Of a stretch of DNA of 64,000 nt, positions 14,977-28,630 are shown in pieces; within the stretch, counting starts at the first letter, position 1, and every line of letters starts with the position of its first letter. The stretch covers positions 37,944,001 through 38,008,000 of the forward strand of contig OX597833.1 in NCBI GenBank assembly GCA_951406725.2, read 5' to 3'. Made by a program: the position numbers and the translations under genes. The notes under the pieces are model-generated. The model saw only the letters and a list, made by a program, of their open reading frames with translations. It was not told the origin of the DNA and did no database searches. Origin of the DNA: Octopus vulgaris (taxonomy: Eukaryota).

Positions 14977-15007
<31 letters not shown>

Positions 15008-15469
15008 AACTGAAATCTTAGAATATCATTCATGCTACAATGACATTTTGATCAAGATTGTAATTTAAATATGAACACTTTAGAACAGGCAGTAAGTCTC
15101 AAGAGAATTGGTATTAAAATGGTTTATAGGAATGACACGTCAGATAATGTAATTCTAGATGATGCCGAAAAAAATAAAAAGAACTGTAACAGCTAGAATG
15201 CTCAGTCAGTACTGACCTGGAGATAAAAAACATTAACAACACTAATATCCTTAATATTGATGATAAGTTTTAACTAAAAGCATAAAAAGCAATTCTTTTT
15301 GTTTTTGTAATACCATTATTTATTTCAGCAGTCATATTTCTGCGATTGAAAATGAAAATACCATCATGATTATTAACTGTTATTAAAACATTGTCATTAG
15401 CCATTATTAAAACATTGTTAATCAACCATAAAAGACATCATCATTGTTATTTACCATTATGAACTCATT

Positions 15470-16185
15470 AATATTGCTTTCAAATTTTGGCACAAAGCAA
15501 TTTTTGGGGAGGGTATGAGTCAAACACATCAACCCCAGTTCTCAACTGGTACTTATTTTATTGACCCTGAAAGGATGAAAGGTAAAGTCAACCTTGGCAG
15601 AATTTGAACTTAGAAACATGAAGACAGACAAAATGCCAAGAAGTATTTTGCCTGACTTGAAACAATCCACCCAGCTCACCATTTTTTATAATGGATCCAA
15701 ATTTTGGCACAAGGCCAGTAATTTGGGGGTGGGGTAAGTCAATTACACCAACCCCCAATGCTCAACTGGTAATTATTTTATCAATGCTGAAAGGATAAAA
15801 GGTAAAGTCAACCTCTGTGGAATTTGAACTCAGAACGTACAGATGGCCAAAATGTCACTAAGCATTTTGCCCTATGTGTTAATGATTATGACAGCAAGCT
15901 GGCAGAATCAACTCATTAATATTAACTATAAAAGACATCATTACTATTAACCATTATAAAGCAGTGAGCTAGCAGAACAGCTAGCATGCCTTTCAAAATG
16001 CTTGGTGGAATTTCGCCTGTCTTTATACACGATCAGTTGAAATTCTGCCAAGGTCAATTTTGCCTTTCATGCTTTCAGGGTTGATAAAATAAGTACCAGT
16101 CTAGCATTAGAGTTGATGTAATCAACTAGCTCCCTCCTCTGAAATTTCAGGCTTAGTATCTATAGTAGAAAGGATTATTATTAAT
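15470..16185. mobile_element. Cluster of three SINE family B variants (alternative tails)
   Basis: Two minus copies (~15470-15900) and one plus copy (~15960-16185) share the CTTTCATCCTTTC central domain. Confidence 0.75.
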
Positions 16186-16389
16186 CATTATTACTAATCA
16201 TAAAAGACACCATCAGTATCACTAAACATAGAACAATAGTGAATAGGCAGAATTGTTAGAGTGCCCCCAAAAATGCCTTACAGTATATCATCTTGCTCTT
16301 TACATATAAGGTCAACTTCTCCTTTCATGTATCCAGGGTTAATAAAATAAAACAAGATACTTGGATCAAGTACTGGAGTCAATTATATA

Positions 16390-16543
16390 TAAGAGGATGC
16401 TGAAAAGTTCCTGTCTTTAAGGGTATCATGAAACGCCTGGTTGGAGGTGCAACCTTCTGAGTTCTTTTACAGAGGTTAGAAATATTAAAGGACTGCCACA
16501 ATAAGTGCATGAATCTGAGAAGGGAATATGTTGAATAAAATAA
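16390..16543 (+). mobile_element. Mariner-derived non-autonomous fragment
   Basis: Has a TIR-like GAGGATGCTGAAAAGTTCCTG and a C-terminal remnant FYRGLEILKDCHNKCMNLRREYVE*. Confidence 0.6.
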
Positions 16544-16613
16544 TTTAATAAATAAAATATATGCATACATACATACATATATGTACGTACCTACATCTAC
16601 ATGTATATATACA

Positions 16614-16669
<56 letters not shown>

Positions 16670-17519
16670 ATGAGTACAGGACACCACAAATAGATGTAGA
16701 ACTCAACGAGAAACGAAAACGTAAAAACAAACATGGAAACGGACTTTTTTTAACAACAAAAAAACAGAGTACAAGACAAACAATACAAGGAATATTCCCC
16801 TACATATATGTATGTATGCATATATTTTATTTATTAAATTATTGTTTGACTGAGCGCCCTCGCGTCGTTTCGTTTCTTTTCTTTTCTCCAAGTAAGTTTT
16901 TATATATAATTATGACGCGAAACTCTGTAACCCTTTGCTTGACCTTCCCTTTCTTCCTGTCTGTCTTCCTCTTTGCCTGTCTCTCTCCTTCTTATTTTTC
17001 ACCCTTTCTGGTTTCCTTTCCTCTCTCTATCTCTCTCTCTCTCTCTCACTGCTGAGTCGACCAACTTCCTTTCGCTGGCGGCCTTCTACAAGTCAACATG
17101 ACTTTTTTCCTGCGCTCTGAATTTTTTCCATCATCTAGGCTTAAAAAAAGGCCCTCAATGTTGGTTTCTTTGTCCTGTTTTTATTCTTTATGTGTACTGT
17201 ATTTTTTTGTATTTGTATTTTTATTTGTATTGCTTTTACGTCCTATTCTTGTCACATTTTTTTCTTTCCTTGTTTTTATCCCTCTGCAAAGGAATTTTAT
17301 TTAATTCTTTCGCAGGAAGGACTGGTTCGACGAGTCATGTTCTGTCCTTACCTTCGAAGCACACATGGAGTCGAACCAGGGACATCTGATGAAGGGGAAT
17401 ATTCCTTGTATTGTTTGTCTTGTACTCTGTTTTTTCGTTGTTAAAAAAAGTCCATTTCCATGTTTGTTTTTACGTTTTCATTTCTCATTGAGTTCTACGT
17501 CTATTTGTGGTGTCCTGTA

Positions 17520-17561
<42 letters not shown>

Positions 17562-17628
17562 TGTATATATACATGTAGATGTAGGTATGTTCATATATGT
17601 ATGTATGTATGCATATATTTTATTTATT

Positions 17629-17636
<8 letters not shown>
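16543..17636 (+). mobile_element. Non-autonomous Penelope-like element (inverted plus partial-tandem terminal repeats)
   Basis: 16543-16801 is the reverse complement of 17392-17636. 16802-16840 directly repeats the 3' end (~17595-17635). The element ends in (TA)n and has no real ORF. Confidence 0.72.
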
Positions 17637-17692
<56 letters not shown>

Positions 17693-18264
17693 GAGACAGA
17701 CGGATAGACAGACAGACAGGCAGGTGGGCAGACAGACAGGCAGATAGACAGAAACAGAGAAAAAGAGAATGACGACTGAAATGAAACAAGAAATATTGAT
17801 TGGTACTCTATTAACCCTGAAGACATGAGAAGTAGAGTGGAACTTAGTGGAAGCTTAGTATAGATATCAAAGAGTAGTGCTCAAATGAATGGGAACTTAA
17901 ACTCCAGGACCAGTGTCTCAGCATCAAAGGTCAGCTATAAAAAATATCATTAACAAGCTGTTATAAATGCAGTAAAGTGGATAAACACATCACATGAAAC
18001 ATAAATTTACATGGAGTACAAAATAGAGAATAAAGAAAAAAAGAGAACAAAAGAACACAAAATTTAGATAAAGTCTTATCTCAACACATGTTTCAAGACA
18101 GCCATATCTTACATAATATGTCATACATATATCATAGTCATGCATAATATGTTTGATGTCATAGGTGTGTGTCCTGAAATATGTCCCATTGAAATTGTGC
18201 AACTAAGTTAGGCGTCCCTTCTCAAGAAGACTTGTCACAGGATACCTATGAGATTATACACATA

Positions 18265-18493
18265 TTAACCCTTTCATTACCAACCTGGTCGAAACTGCCT
18301 CTGGCTCTGTAGTACAAATGTCTTGTTTTCTTAAGTTTTGAATTAAAATCTTCCACCAAATCTTAGTCACAATTTATGTTACTAACACTAGCTTAATGGT
18401 AACTAAGTTAATTTACTAAATTCTTTGTTATATTTTAAATAATTGAAAGAAACACAGAGTATCTCAAAATAAATACGGTAATGGAAGGGTTAG
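18265..18493. mobile_element. piggyBac-type MITE family E
   Basis: TTAACCCTTTCATTACC...GGTAATGGAAGGGTTA. Confidence 0.83.
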
Positions 18494-18961
18494 ATACAAA
18501 TATGGTTATTATATCAGTTACGACCTTCTTCAAATCAGTGCCAAAATAAGATTTTTTATATAATTCTTCTGTTATATATTTTTTTTTGTTCACTTATATT
18601 TATTCAGGAATCTTTATTTTGTGCTGCATATAAATATAGGCCTCAAGCCTACCAACATCTTGGTCGAATTTTAAAATAGGCCACCAGACACAGAGTAAAC
18701 CATTAATATCTTGTTTACATCATTTTGACATTGGTTCATTGCAACTGACAAATGATCTTGTTCTCAGCTTGAAAAATGGTGAAATAAATTAATGTTTTGA
18801 CCAGAAAACCCTGGGTAGTTGTTTTTAGCAAGATTTATTATTTTTATTATAACATTATGTCAATATATATATATATAATTATTTTAATTGGGGAAAGACA
18901 AAATCAAATCAATGTTATATATGTTTTCGTGAACTAACACCATTTATTTCATATTACATAC

Positions 18962-19098
18962 GAAGTTATGCAATTCCTACAATAAAATTAGTGTTCATTC
19001 ACTTGTTCAGACATTTTAATTTCAATGGAAGTGAAATTCAAATTAAAATGCCAAAAGTAAATGAACACTAATTTCATTGCAGGAATTGCTTAACTTTC
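18962..19098. repeat. Imperfect hairpin element
   Basis: GAAGTTATGCAATTCCTACAATAAAATTAGTGTTCATT pairs with AATGAACACTAATTTCATTGCAGGAATTGCTTAACTTT. Confidence 0.75.
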
Positions 19099-19356
19099 TT
19101 TCAGTGTTACAAAAAATTATGTAACACTAATTAGACTTCTCTTTTTCTCAATTAAAATAATTAATATTCACAGGATTATTACATGCCTTGGATTGGTAAA
19201 GTGCTCTATTAATAATTGACTGACATATAAACAATCATTCTTTGAGTATTCATAAACAATGCTAGCCAAATTGCTGCATGAGATGAGTGGCGATGAGGTG
19301 ATAGCATGGTTTTTTTGTCCACTCAACAATAAGATACACACACACACGTGTGTATA

Positions 19357-19406
<50 letters not shown>

Positions 19407-19459
19407 CATGCATGTGTGTGTATGTATATATGTATGCATATAGAGAATTCTATAGAGAA

Positions 19460-19690
19460 GGCGGCAAGCTGGCAGACACGTTAGCGCGACGGGTGAAATG
19501 CTTAGCGGTATTTCGTCTGTTGTTACGTTCTGAGTTCAAATTCCGCCGAGGTCAACTTTGCCTTTCATCCTTTCGGGGTCAATAAATAAAGTACCAGTTT
19601 CGCACTGGGGGCTATATAATCGACTCAATCCCTTCGTCTGTCCTTGTTTGTCCCCTCTATGTTTAGCCCCTTGTGGGCAGTAAAGAAATA
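19460..19690 (+). mobile_element. SINE family B
   Basis: Match to 4388-4622. Confidence 0.88.
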
Positions 19691-20451
19691 TATATGTATG
19701 CATATATGTATGTATACATATATATGTGTGTGCATGTAGGTGTTTATTCATATATACATTTATATATAGAGTGAGAGTTGTATATGTCTATAACAAGTAA
19801 CTTTGATATTACAGGTTGATAGTGAAGTACTCCATGGTATATGCAGCCATTTAATAACATACAGAATTGTTAAATTTTCTTTTTTGTGGCCTTAAAATTT
19901 TTCCTAGCCCAGCTGTAACCTGGTCCTTAACAGTTCCACTGGGACTACTAGCCAATTCTTATAAGCATTAGGTATTTTGTTTCCCTTTTGTTTCTGTGTT
20001 TCCCATTGAATTTAGAAATAGATGTTTCTTATATTCATATAGATTGACTTTGACACCTTGATATGGGTCACTGGTTGGTCATCATTAATCCTTTCTCAGT
20101 TTTCATTCTTTTGAACAGATAACATCAGGGTGTCAACAACTGACCAGTGACTTCAATCACTGGTTAGTCATTGTTTAAATCATAGAAATGTAGCTTTTTT
20201 TTTTATTTATTTTACAGGTGTACAGGGTGTGAGTATATTGTGTGGAAGGCTGAATGTCTCAGACAGCAATCAATATAAACTTAAAATATTTAAATATATA
20301 TAAATATACAATGTTATTACCAGTCCAAATATGCCTGGGACAAGCCATTGATTGTATATTGTTTATGTACACTCTGAAAAAAAATATATGCTCAAACACA
20401 TATATATGTATGTGCATGTATACACTTACTCACACAAACACACATATATAC

Positions 20452-20840
20452 TCTTTACTCTTTTACTTGTTTCAGTCATTTGACTGTGGCCATGTTGGAG
20501 CACCGCCTTTAGTCGAGCAAATCAACCCCAAGACTTATTCTTTCTAAGCCTAGTACTTATTCTATCGGTCTCTTTTGCCAAACCACTAAGTTACAGGGAC
20601 GTAAACACACCAGCATCAGTTGTCAAGCGATGTTGGTGGGGTCAAACACAGACACACACATATATATATATACACATACATATATACAACGGGCTTCTTT
20701 CAGCTTCTATCTACCAAATCCACTCACAAGGATTTGGTCGGCCCGAGGGTATAGTAGAAGACACTTGCCCAAGGTGACATGCAGTGGGACTGAACCCGAA
20801 ACTATGTGGTTGGTAAGCAAACTATTTACCACACAGCCAC
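20452..20840 (-). mobile_element. SINE family A
   Basis: Reverse-complement match to the family consensus. Confidence 0.87.
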
Positions 20841-21250
20841 TAGCTTTTATCTTACACCTGTTTCAGTCACTGCTGAGGGTCCAACTTGAAGAGTTTTAGT
20901 CAAATGAATCAAATCCCAGTATTTATTTAAAACAATTTTGTTTAAGTACTGATACTTATTCTCTCCGTCACTTTTGTTGAACTGCTTTGTTATAGAGATG
21001 TAAACAAACCAACACCAGTTTTCAAATGGTGGTGGGGGACAAACACGGACACTAGTATATGTAATTATTGTATGTTGGTTATCTCCCTTGTGTTTTTCCT
21101 TTTTGTCTTCTTTGCAAGTGTCTCTTGTTTAAACATTATCTGCTCAAAAGACAACTGTCAAATGGTCTTACTTTCAGCTTCATAAATTATTTCAATTAGG
21201 GAAACTCTGGGTAGTTACAATTGCAAGACTTGTGGCTTTTAATTAAAAAT

Positions 21251-21301
<51 letters not shown>

Positions 21302-21303
<2 letters not shown>

Positions 21304-21542
21304 AGGCACATGGCCTAGTGGTTAGAGCAGCGGACTCGCGATCGAGGAATCATGGGTTCAAATCTCAGACCAGGCAATGTGCGTGTTTATGAGTGAAACA
21401 CCTAAGCTCCACGCGGCCCCAGCAGAAGGTAATGGTGAACTTCTGCTGACTCTTTGGTCACGACTTCCTCTCACGCTTTCCTCTTGCATCTCACCTGCGA
21501 CACACCGGCATCACATCCAGGTGGGGAACCTATACACCAAGA
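21302..21542 (+). mobile_element. tRNA-derived SINE family C
   Basis: tRNA-like head GGAGGCACATGGCCTAGTGGTTAGAGCAGCGG...GGGTTCAAATCTC. Confidence 0.85.
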
Positions 21543-21994
21543 TATAGACATACAACAGTTTTCATCTACCAAATCAACTCACAAGGTTTTGGTCAGCCTG
21601 AGGCGATAGTAGGATAGTGGGCCTGCACCTAGAACTATGTGGGAAGCAAAGTTCTTACCATACAGCCACACCTGCATTAAAATACTTTTACTGGTTTGTT
21701 TGGAGTGAGTGATTTTTATTTCACACCCACTTCCTGGCTTTCTCTCTGAAATTCTTTCTGATCAACTGGAGGGGGATGCTCAACTTTGTGCTTCCTCCCA
21801 CAATGTGGGCTCATCTGATAACTGAGATAAAGGTTTGTCCAAATGTTGTTTGGAAACATTCACATCTACACCTAACTGATCTCTGAGGTTGTTTGGCAGA
21901 GTGTTGCAAAGTTGTGAACCCTTGAAACCTAAGCTATTAAACACTGAGTCCTTACTCTAAATGGAGAGGACAGGATCTTTGGTAGTATGCAGTT

Positions 21995-22305
21995 TGTCTG
22001 TTCCTTCTCGAGCCATGCCTGGCTCATAAGGGCCGGTTTCCCAGTTTCCTTGGCATATGGGTTCCTCACCGGGACGTATAGGTTCCCCACCTGGTCCATC
22101 GCAGGTGAGCTGCAAGATGCTGGAGGAAAGAGTGAGAGAAAGTTGTGGCGAAAGAGTCAGCAGAAATTTGCCATTACCTTCTGCTGGAGCCGCGTGGAGC
22201 TTAGGTGTTTCGCTCATAAACACACACATTGCCCGGTCTGAAATTCGAACCCGCGATCCCTCGACCGCGTATCCGCTGCTTTAACCACTAGGCCATATGC
22301 CTCCA
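21995..22305 (-). mobile_element. SINE family C (fuller copy)
   Basis: Reverse complement of 21302-21542 plus a tail. Confidence 0.85.
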
Positions 22306-22317
22306 GGTAGTATGTAG

Positions 22318-22735
22318 TGGCATCCCAGTTGGTAGTTGGTATAGTTTTCAATCCCAATGTTGGGAACTAAACCTTTCAGGATATTCCATATACATGTCAC
22401 TGCATATCTTTTGCATCTTCGTTCTAAGTGGTAGTGCCTCAGTTCTTTTAACCTCTCCCAGTTTTCTCATCTGTAGTACTAAGTCAATCTTTGTGTAGTG
22501 GCTGGTGTTGGATTGACTCAAATTCTGCTGTTAGTATGATGGTTTGTGGCAACCACAGTTGGGAGCAGAAATCTAGGTGACTGAGAACAAATGTTCTTCA
22601 CAGGAGTAGCACAGTTTCATTTTTCCTTGTTTCAAATTATTTCAGAATCCAACCAACCACTTGCCTGCTCAGTGTTGCCAACTTAGTAATATGTGCATGA
22701 AAATTTGCATCATTACTCAAGTGGATTCTTGGGTC
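22318..22735 (-). mobile_element. CR1/L2-group LINE reverse transcriptase C-terminal fragment
   Basis: Minus strand encodes IHLSNDANFHAHITKL...VGWIL...LLWRTFVLSHLDFCSQLW, followed by a frameshifted WERLKEL-like segment. Confidence 0.8.
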
Positions 22736-24076
22736 ATGTGCCAGCTCTGACTCTGTGACAGCAATAAATATATGAATATGTACACACACACACAATCCTA
22801 ACCTATCCAACTGGATAAATGAATTCTGCAGATTCAGAAATAGTTCCTTGTGTCCACTTGATGGATATGTGCACTTGGAAACATCCATGCATATATTGAA
22901 GCTACTTAAGATAATTTTAAATGCTAATATCATAATCACACTTTAGGGATAGGAGGAAAGTTAATTTTACATCTTTAGTTTTTTTGTTTTGTTTTTTTTT
23001 TTTCTAAGAAAGCTTCCTGATAAAGAGATTGAGTATGAAATTGCTTGGTATATTATATGCAAAGCACAGCCATATAAAGTTAGTAATGATGTATGTAATT
23101 TGTGTAACATGACACTTATGAAATAATTAAGTGTAAATCAAATATCATTAACCAATGAAATGATGTAATAAAATGATGTCCACACATGCACCATCTCTCC
23201 TTCCTACACAATACAAAAAAATTAATGTAAAAGATCTAACCTAAATGCACTATTACTATCATTATTACTAAATGTATGTGAGTTGGCACAATCATTAGCA
23301 TACCAAGCAAAACACTTAACAGTATTTCATCCATCTTCATAGCTCTAAGTTCAAATTCTGCCAAGGTCATCTTAGCCTTTCATCCTTTTGGGATCAATAA
23401 AATAAGTACAAATAAATCACTGGGGTCATTCTAATCAACTTAACCCTTCTTCTGAAATTGCTAGCCATGAGCCAAAATTTGAAACTAATATTACTATTAG
23501 CAGTTAACTCCTATAAGTCTTCCCCCCTAATTAGTATAACTGCTATTTTCTATGTTTCTGTAATTCCACTTTACTTAGTTTATTAATCCCAATCCAGACT
23601 GGGTTGATTCTGACTGGCAATTCAGCATTACCACACAGAGATAGTAATATTAAAATACGATTAGTGTCTATCTTTAATCTATGAGCTAATTAACTAAATC
23701 TTTTCTCATAAATTAGTTATATAATGTCCACAAATGTACCGCTGGTCCTCCTTATATTTTACTAATAGTTAAACTATTAGCTTGAACTTGAGATCGCTAA
23801 TAATACTACCAGTTAACTCTAAAAAGTATCCCCCTTAGTTTACTTTTGTTTTTTTTTAAATTTATTTTATCTGATTATATTTGATTTATCACTTTTAGTT
23901 TGTTGCTTCCATTTACATAATATGTAACCTTCACTATAGTATAGTATATTCTAACTCTCAGGATTGATAGCGGGATGGCTTGACAGAGCATAAATCATTG
24001 GATGTATGTATGTATATGAATATCATCTGCATGTATGTATGTACATATGTATGTGTATATATATCATCATCATCAT

Positions 24077-24135
<59 letters not shown>

Positions 24136-25150
24136 AATAATGATATAGATTGACTTGGTCACTTAAACAAAATGATGAACTGCTATTTTTGAAATTACAA
24201 TTTTGATATAAATATTTTACATGAGAAATGGTATATGCGTAAGCATATGTATGTGAAGATGTGTGTATGATTGTGTATGAGAATATTCATATGAAGTGTA
24301 TACACACTTATGTTCAAATGTGTTATCAATGGGCTTGGAATGACACTGCTGTCCTTCTGAGTCAGCCATGCACAAAATTCCAAAAGTTTAGGTCACTTTG
24401 CTATGCTTATAAGTACTTCTACTAAAACAAATACATTATTTTAACAAATCTGGGCTCTCTTGATATATAAACCCTGATATATTTTTCTTCATTTCTTCCA
24501 CACTCCTCATTCTCTTTACTTCTTTATTTATTCATTTATTTTATCCCCCCTCCCATCATATGGTTTATTCTTTTAAATACTACACTGGATGCTCAACCCA
24601 AATCTTTAGAAAGCAAATCTTTGTGACAAACTTAGTCATTCATATTTTACATCCCATATATGATAATTCTAGTATTTGTGAAGAGTGAAATCTGCCAAAT
24701 ACATTTATTATCTGTAACTATATAATGAAAGTATTTGCTGTTTATATCAGAGTCGGGTGTTTTAACCTGCCATGAAATGTTCTGAATCAAAATCTGTTTG
24801 ATATGTTACCACAGAATTATATTTAAGGGTGTGTGTGTGTATATATATATACATATATATGTATATATATATGTGTGTGTGTGTGTGTGTCTATATATTT
24901 ATTTATTTATATGTATATTACTTATGTATGTGTACTGGATGATGTACCACTTATGTAATTAGCACATATTACAAAAACAACTGTCAACTAATGAAGTAAA
25001 CAGCTATTCTCTCACTTCCTTTTCTTATCAGGTCAGTTTTTATATATACTCGCCACCATTACAATTCCTGGATTATCACAACAACGGTAGTTACATGCTA
25101 GCCTTAATCGTGGCCTTTCTTGATAGCCATGCACCAGGCAGGGAGCTTAC

Positions 25151-25231
25151 TGCAAGCTCTGTGTGATTCTTTGAATCTCTATTATTTTGAGCATTGTTTT
25201 CGTTCGGTTTCCTTGATCTACGCAGATCCAT
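25151..25231 (-). CDS. Weak candidate alternative first exon (MDLRRSRKPNENNAQNNRDSKNHTELA)
   Basis: Local CpG cluster, ATG and a GCA|GTAAGC donor. A second possible donor lies at 25094. Confidence 0.28.
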
Positions 25232-25669
25232 GCGGATTAAAATCCTGATTTAGTAGACATCCCGAGAAAAAGACGTAAACATATCAATGTTCAATAACAA
25301 AATGATAGCAGAGGTGGCTACCCATAACCCAATTGCTAAAACTCTACAGCCACTGGCCTTAGTCAGAATGGACACAAGCAGTTACTACTAAATGTCCTCC
25401 CCAACAACTTTAAACTTTAAGACTTATGTCATCGACCCTCTATAAATTTCTTTCATTTTCCTCTATTTCTTTAACTTATCTTCCACTACCTCCTCATCCT
25501 CTTTCTTATTTTCTCAGCTACCCTGTACACAATTCTTAGACACCATACATCTATTCACCTTACTTTATTGTATAGCCAATCCTTAAAATCCCCCACCTTA
25601 CACTATCTACCTCTCTTTCTATTCATTTTCTTTTCTTTCCTTTTACCAGTTAATAGCCATACTTTGTAT

Positions 25670-25683
25670 GTGTGTATATATAC

Positions 25684-25724
<41 letters not shown>

Positions 25725-25807
25725 TATATTTACACATATATACATATAGATATATACACACATATATACATGTATACATATATATATATATACCTATAAA
25801 TCTATAC

Positions 25808-25856
<49 letters not shown>

Positions 25857-25900
25857 CGTATAAATGCACACATATATACATGCATATACATGTGTAGATG

Positions 25901-25948
<48 letters not shown>

Positions 25949-26876
25949 TTTGATTTCGATTTGATTTTTCCAGTTTCAGCTTATGAGCTGTGGCCATGCT
26001 GGGGCACCGCCATATATCCGTAATATATATATATATATATGTAAGCATGCATATATTTGAGATATTAACAGTGAAACTATGAAAACAAAGTATCTCACAT
26101 TACAATATACATGTTATTGTTACACTTTTGACACATAATACTCAACTAGTCTAAGAGATAAGAGATTGCTCCAGGCTCATATTAGGTAAGAAATTGAAAA
26201 TTCTTTTGGCCAATAACAGTGCATAGATCCTAAGTAAGGCATGTGTAAAACTTGATATATATATATATATATATATGCATATATATATATGTAAATATAT
26301 ATACGTAAATATATATATACATATATATATAAATATATATAGGTAAATATATAAACATATATATATATATGTGTAAATATATATATGTAAATATATATAC
26401 ATATATATATATGTGTGTAAATATTTATGTACATATATATGTAAATATGTATGTAAATATATATACATAAATATACACACACATATATATACATATATAT
26501 ATATTAATAATTATAATATGACAACAAAAGAATTAATAAGACCTCGATATTATGTAAACTCTGAGTTTTATTATTGCAACCGACTAATTTGTCATATATA
26601 TATATATATATACATACATACACACACATATATATGTGTGTGTATGTATATATATGTGTATATATATATATACAAGTGCAAACAAGGGAGACAGAGAAAG
26701 GCAGAATGCCACTTATATTTGAACACTATACAAATATTCTTTAAAAAAACTTTTCTTTTAATTTTTCTAAATTTAATTATGTAATCGTTACAGTTGAAAA
26801 GGTCTCAAAATGACCGAAACCGGTACTGAAATGTTCTTTATAAAATTATTTTAGGATTTTCTATTTTGACTTGTTT

Positions 26877-26915
<39 letters not shown>

Positions 26916-26941
26916 CATAGCAAACACACACAATCTCAGTG

Positions 26942-26988
<47 letters not shown>

Positions 26989-26990
26989 TC
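25670..26990. repeat. Compound (TA)n/(TG)n/(TACA)n microsatellite field
   Basis: Directly visible. Similar tracts occur throughout, e.g. 7485-7560, 8285-8410, 11150-11250, 13630-13680 (GAA)n and 55500-55790. Confidence 0.95.
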
Positions 26991-27154
26991 AGTCATTGGA
27001 CTGCAGCCATTCTGGGCATCATCTTTAAATATTGTAGTCAAACAAATCAACCGAAATACTAATGTTTCTTAAGCCTGGTACTATCAGTTTCTTTTATCAA
27101 ACTGTTAGGTTACAAGGATGTAATCACTGATTGTCAAGAAATGGAGGGGAACAA

Positions 27155-27187
<33 letters not shown>

Positions 27188-27522
27188 CATAACACACTTC
27201 TTTCAGTTTCTGTCAAACAAATCCACTCACAAGGCTTTGGTCGACTTGGGGCTATAGCAGAAGACACTTGACCAAGGTACCATGCAGTGGGACTTAACAC
27301 ACAGCCACATTTGCACCTATATAAAATCATCATCATCATCATTGAACATCTGTTTTCCATGCTGGCATGAATTGGATGGTTTGACAGGAGCTAGCCAGGT
27401 GAAGAGCTGCCCAGGCTTATTCATCTGGATGCCATTCTTAATGCCAACCACTCCACAGAGGGTACTGGGTGCCCTTATGCAGCACTGGCACAGGTGCATC
27501 TACGTGACACTGGTACAGGTGC

Positions 27523-27586
<64 letters not shown>

Positions 27587-27807
27587 AGGTACCAGTTAGA
27601 GGAGTTTAATACCTCTAAGGGATAATTAAATCCAAAGTCGCTCCTGGTTAGGTACAGTCTTTTGTAAAGTTGAACGGTAGCAGGTGGTTCAGTTGGTAGA
27701 CTGTAGTTTAGGTTATATAGAAGAAGAAATTGGATGTAATATCTAATTAAATTAAAGGCATACCAGTGAAAACGAGGAATTTCCCCTTGTTATTACATCC
27801 ATTTTCT

Positions 27808-27851
<44 letters not shown>

Positions 27852-28216
27852 GGTAGGCTTCTTTCATTCTCCCACTCCCAAGGCCTTGGTTGGCCCAAGG
27901 CTATAGTAGAAGATACAATTGCCCAAGGTGCCACACAGTTGGACTGAACCCAGAACCATGTGGCTGGGAAGCAAGCTTCTTACAACACAGCCACTCCTAT
28001 ATAATATATATATATACACATGACAGTATTCTTTATGTTTCCATATATCAAAACCAGTTACAAGGTTTTAGTCCAGGGCTGTAATAGAAGATTCTTGCCA
28101 AGGTGTCACATAGTGGGACTGAACTCAGAACCAAGTGGTTGGGAGTTCAGTCCCACTGAAGATTAGTGGTTGAGAAGGAAGCTTCTTAACAACACAGTCA
28201 CAACTATGCCTAGATA

Positions 28217-28630
28217 TACAGGAGTAGCTGTGTGGTAAGTAGCTTGCTTACCAACCACATAGTTCTGGGTTCAGTCCCACTGCATGGCACCTTGCGCAAG
28301 TGTCTTCTACTATAACCGCAGGCCGACCAAAGCCTTGTGAGTGGATTTTGTAGAAGGAAACTGAAAGAAGCCTGTCGTATATGTGTATGTGTGTGTGTGT
28401 TTGTGTGTATGTTTGTGTGTCTGTGTTTGTCCCCCACCCCAACATCGCTTGACAACCGATGCTGGTGTGTTTACATCCCCGTAACTTAGCGGCTCGGCAA
28501 AAGAGACCAATAGAATAAGTGCTAGGCTTACAAAGAATAAGTCCTGGGGTCGATTTGCTCGACTAAAAGCGGTGCTCCAGGATGGCCACAGTCAAATGAC
28601 TGAAACAAGTAAAAGAGTAAAAGAATAAAG
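28217..28630 (+). mobile_element. SINE family A
   Basis: Match to the consensus. Neighbouring copies lie at ~26985-27315(-), ~27855-28210(-) and ~28760-29140(+). Confidence 0.87.

Noticed and set aside
17345-17400. Permuted (type II) hammerhead CCTTCGAAG...GTC...CTGATGAAGG
   Set aside because: It has GAAG instead of GAAA, no convincing stems I or III, and the stem II pairing would consume core nucleotides.
21302-21375. tRNA gene
   Set aside because: It is a tRNA-like SINE head that continues into a SINE body and has no proper acceptor stem.
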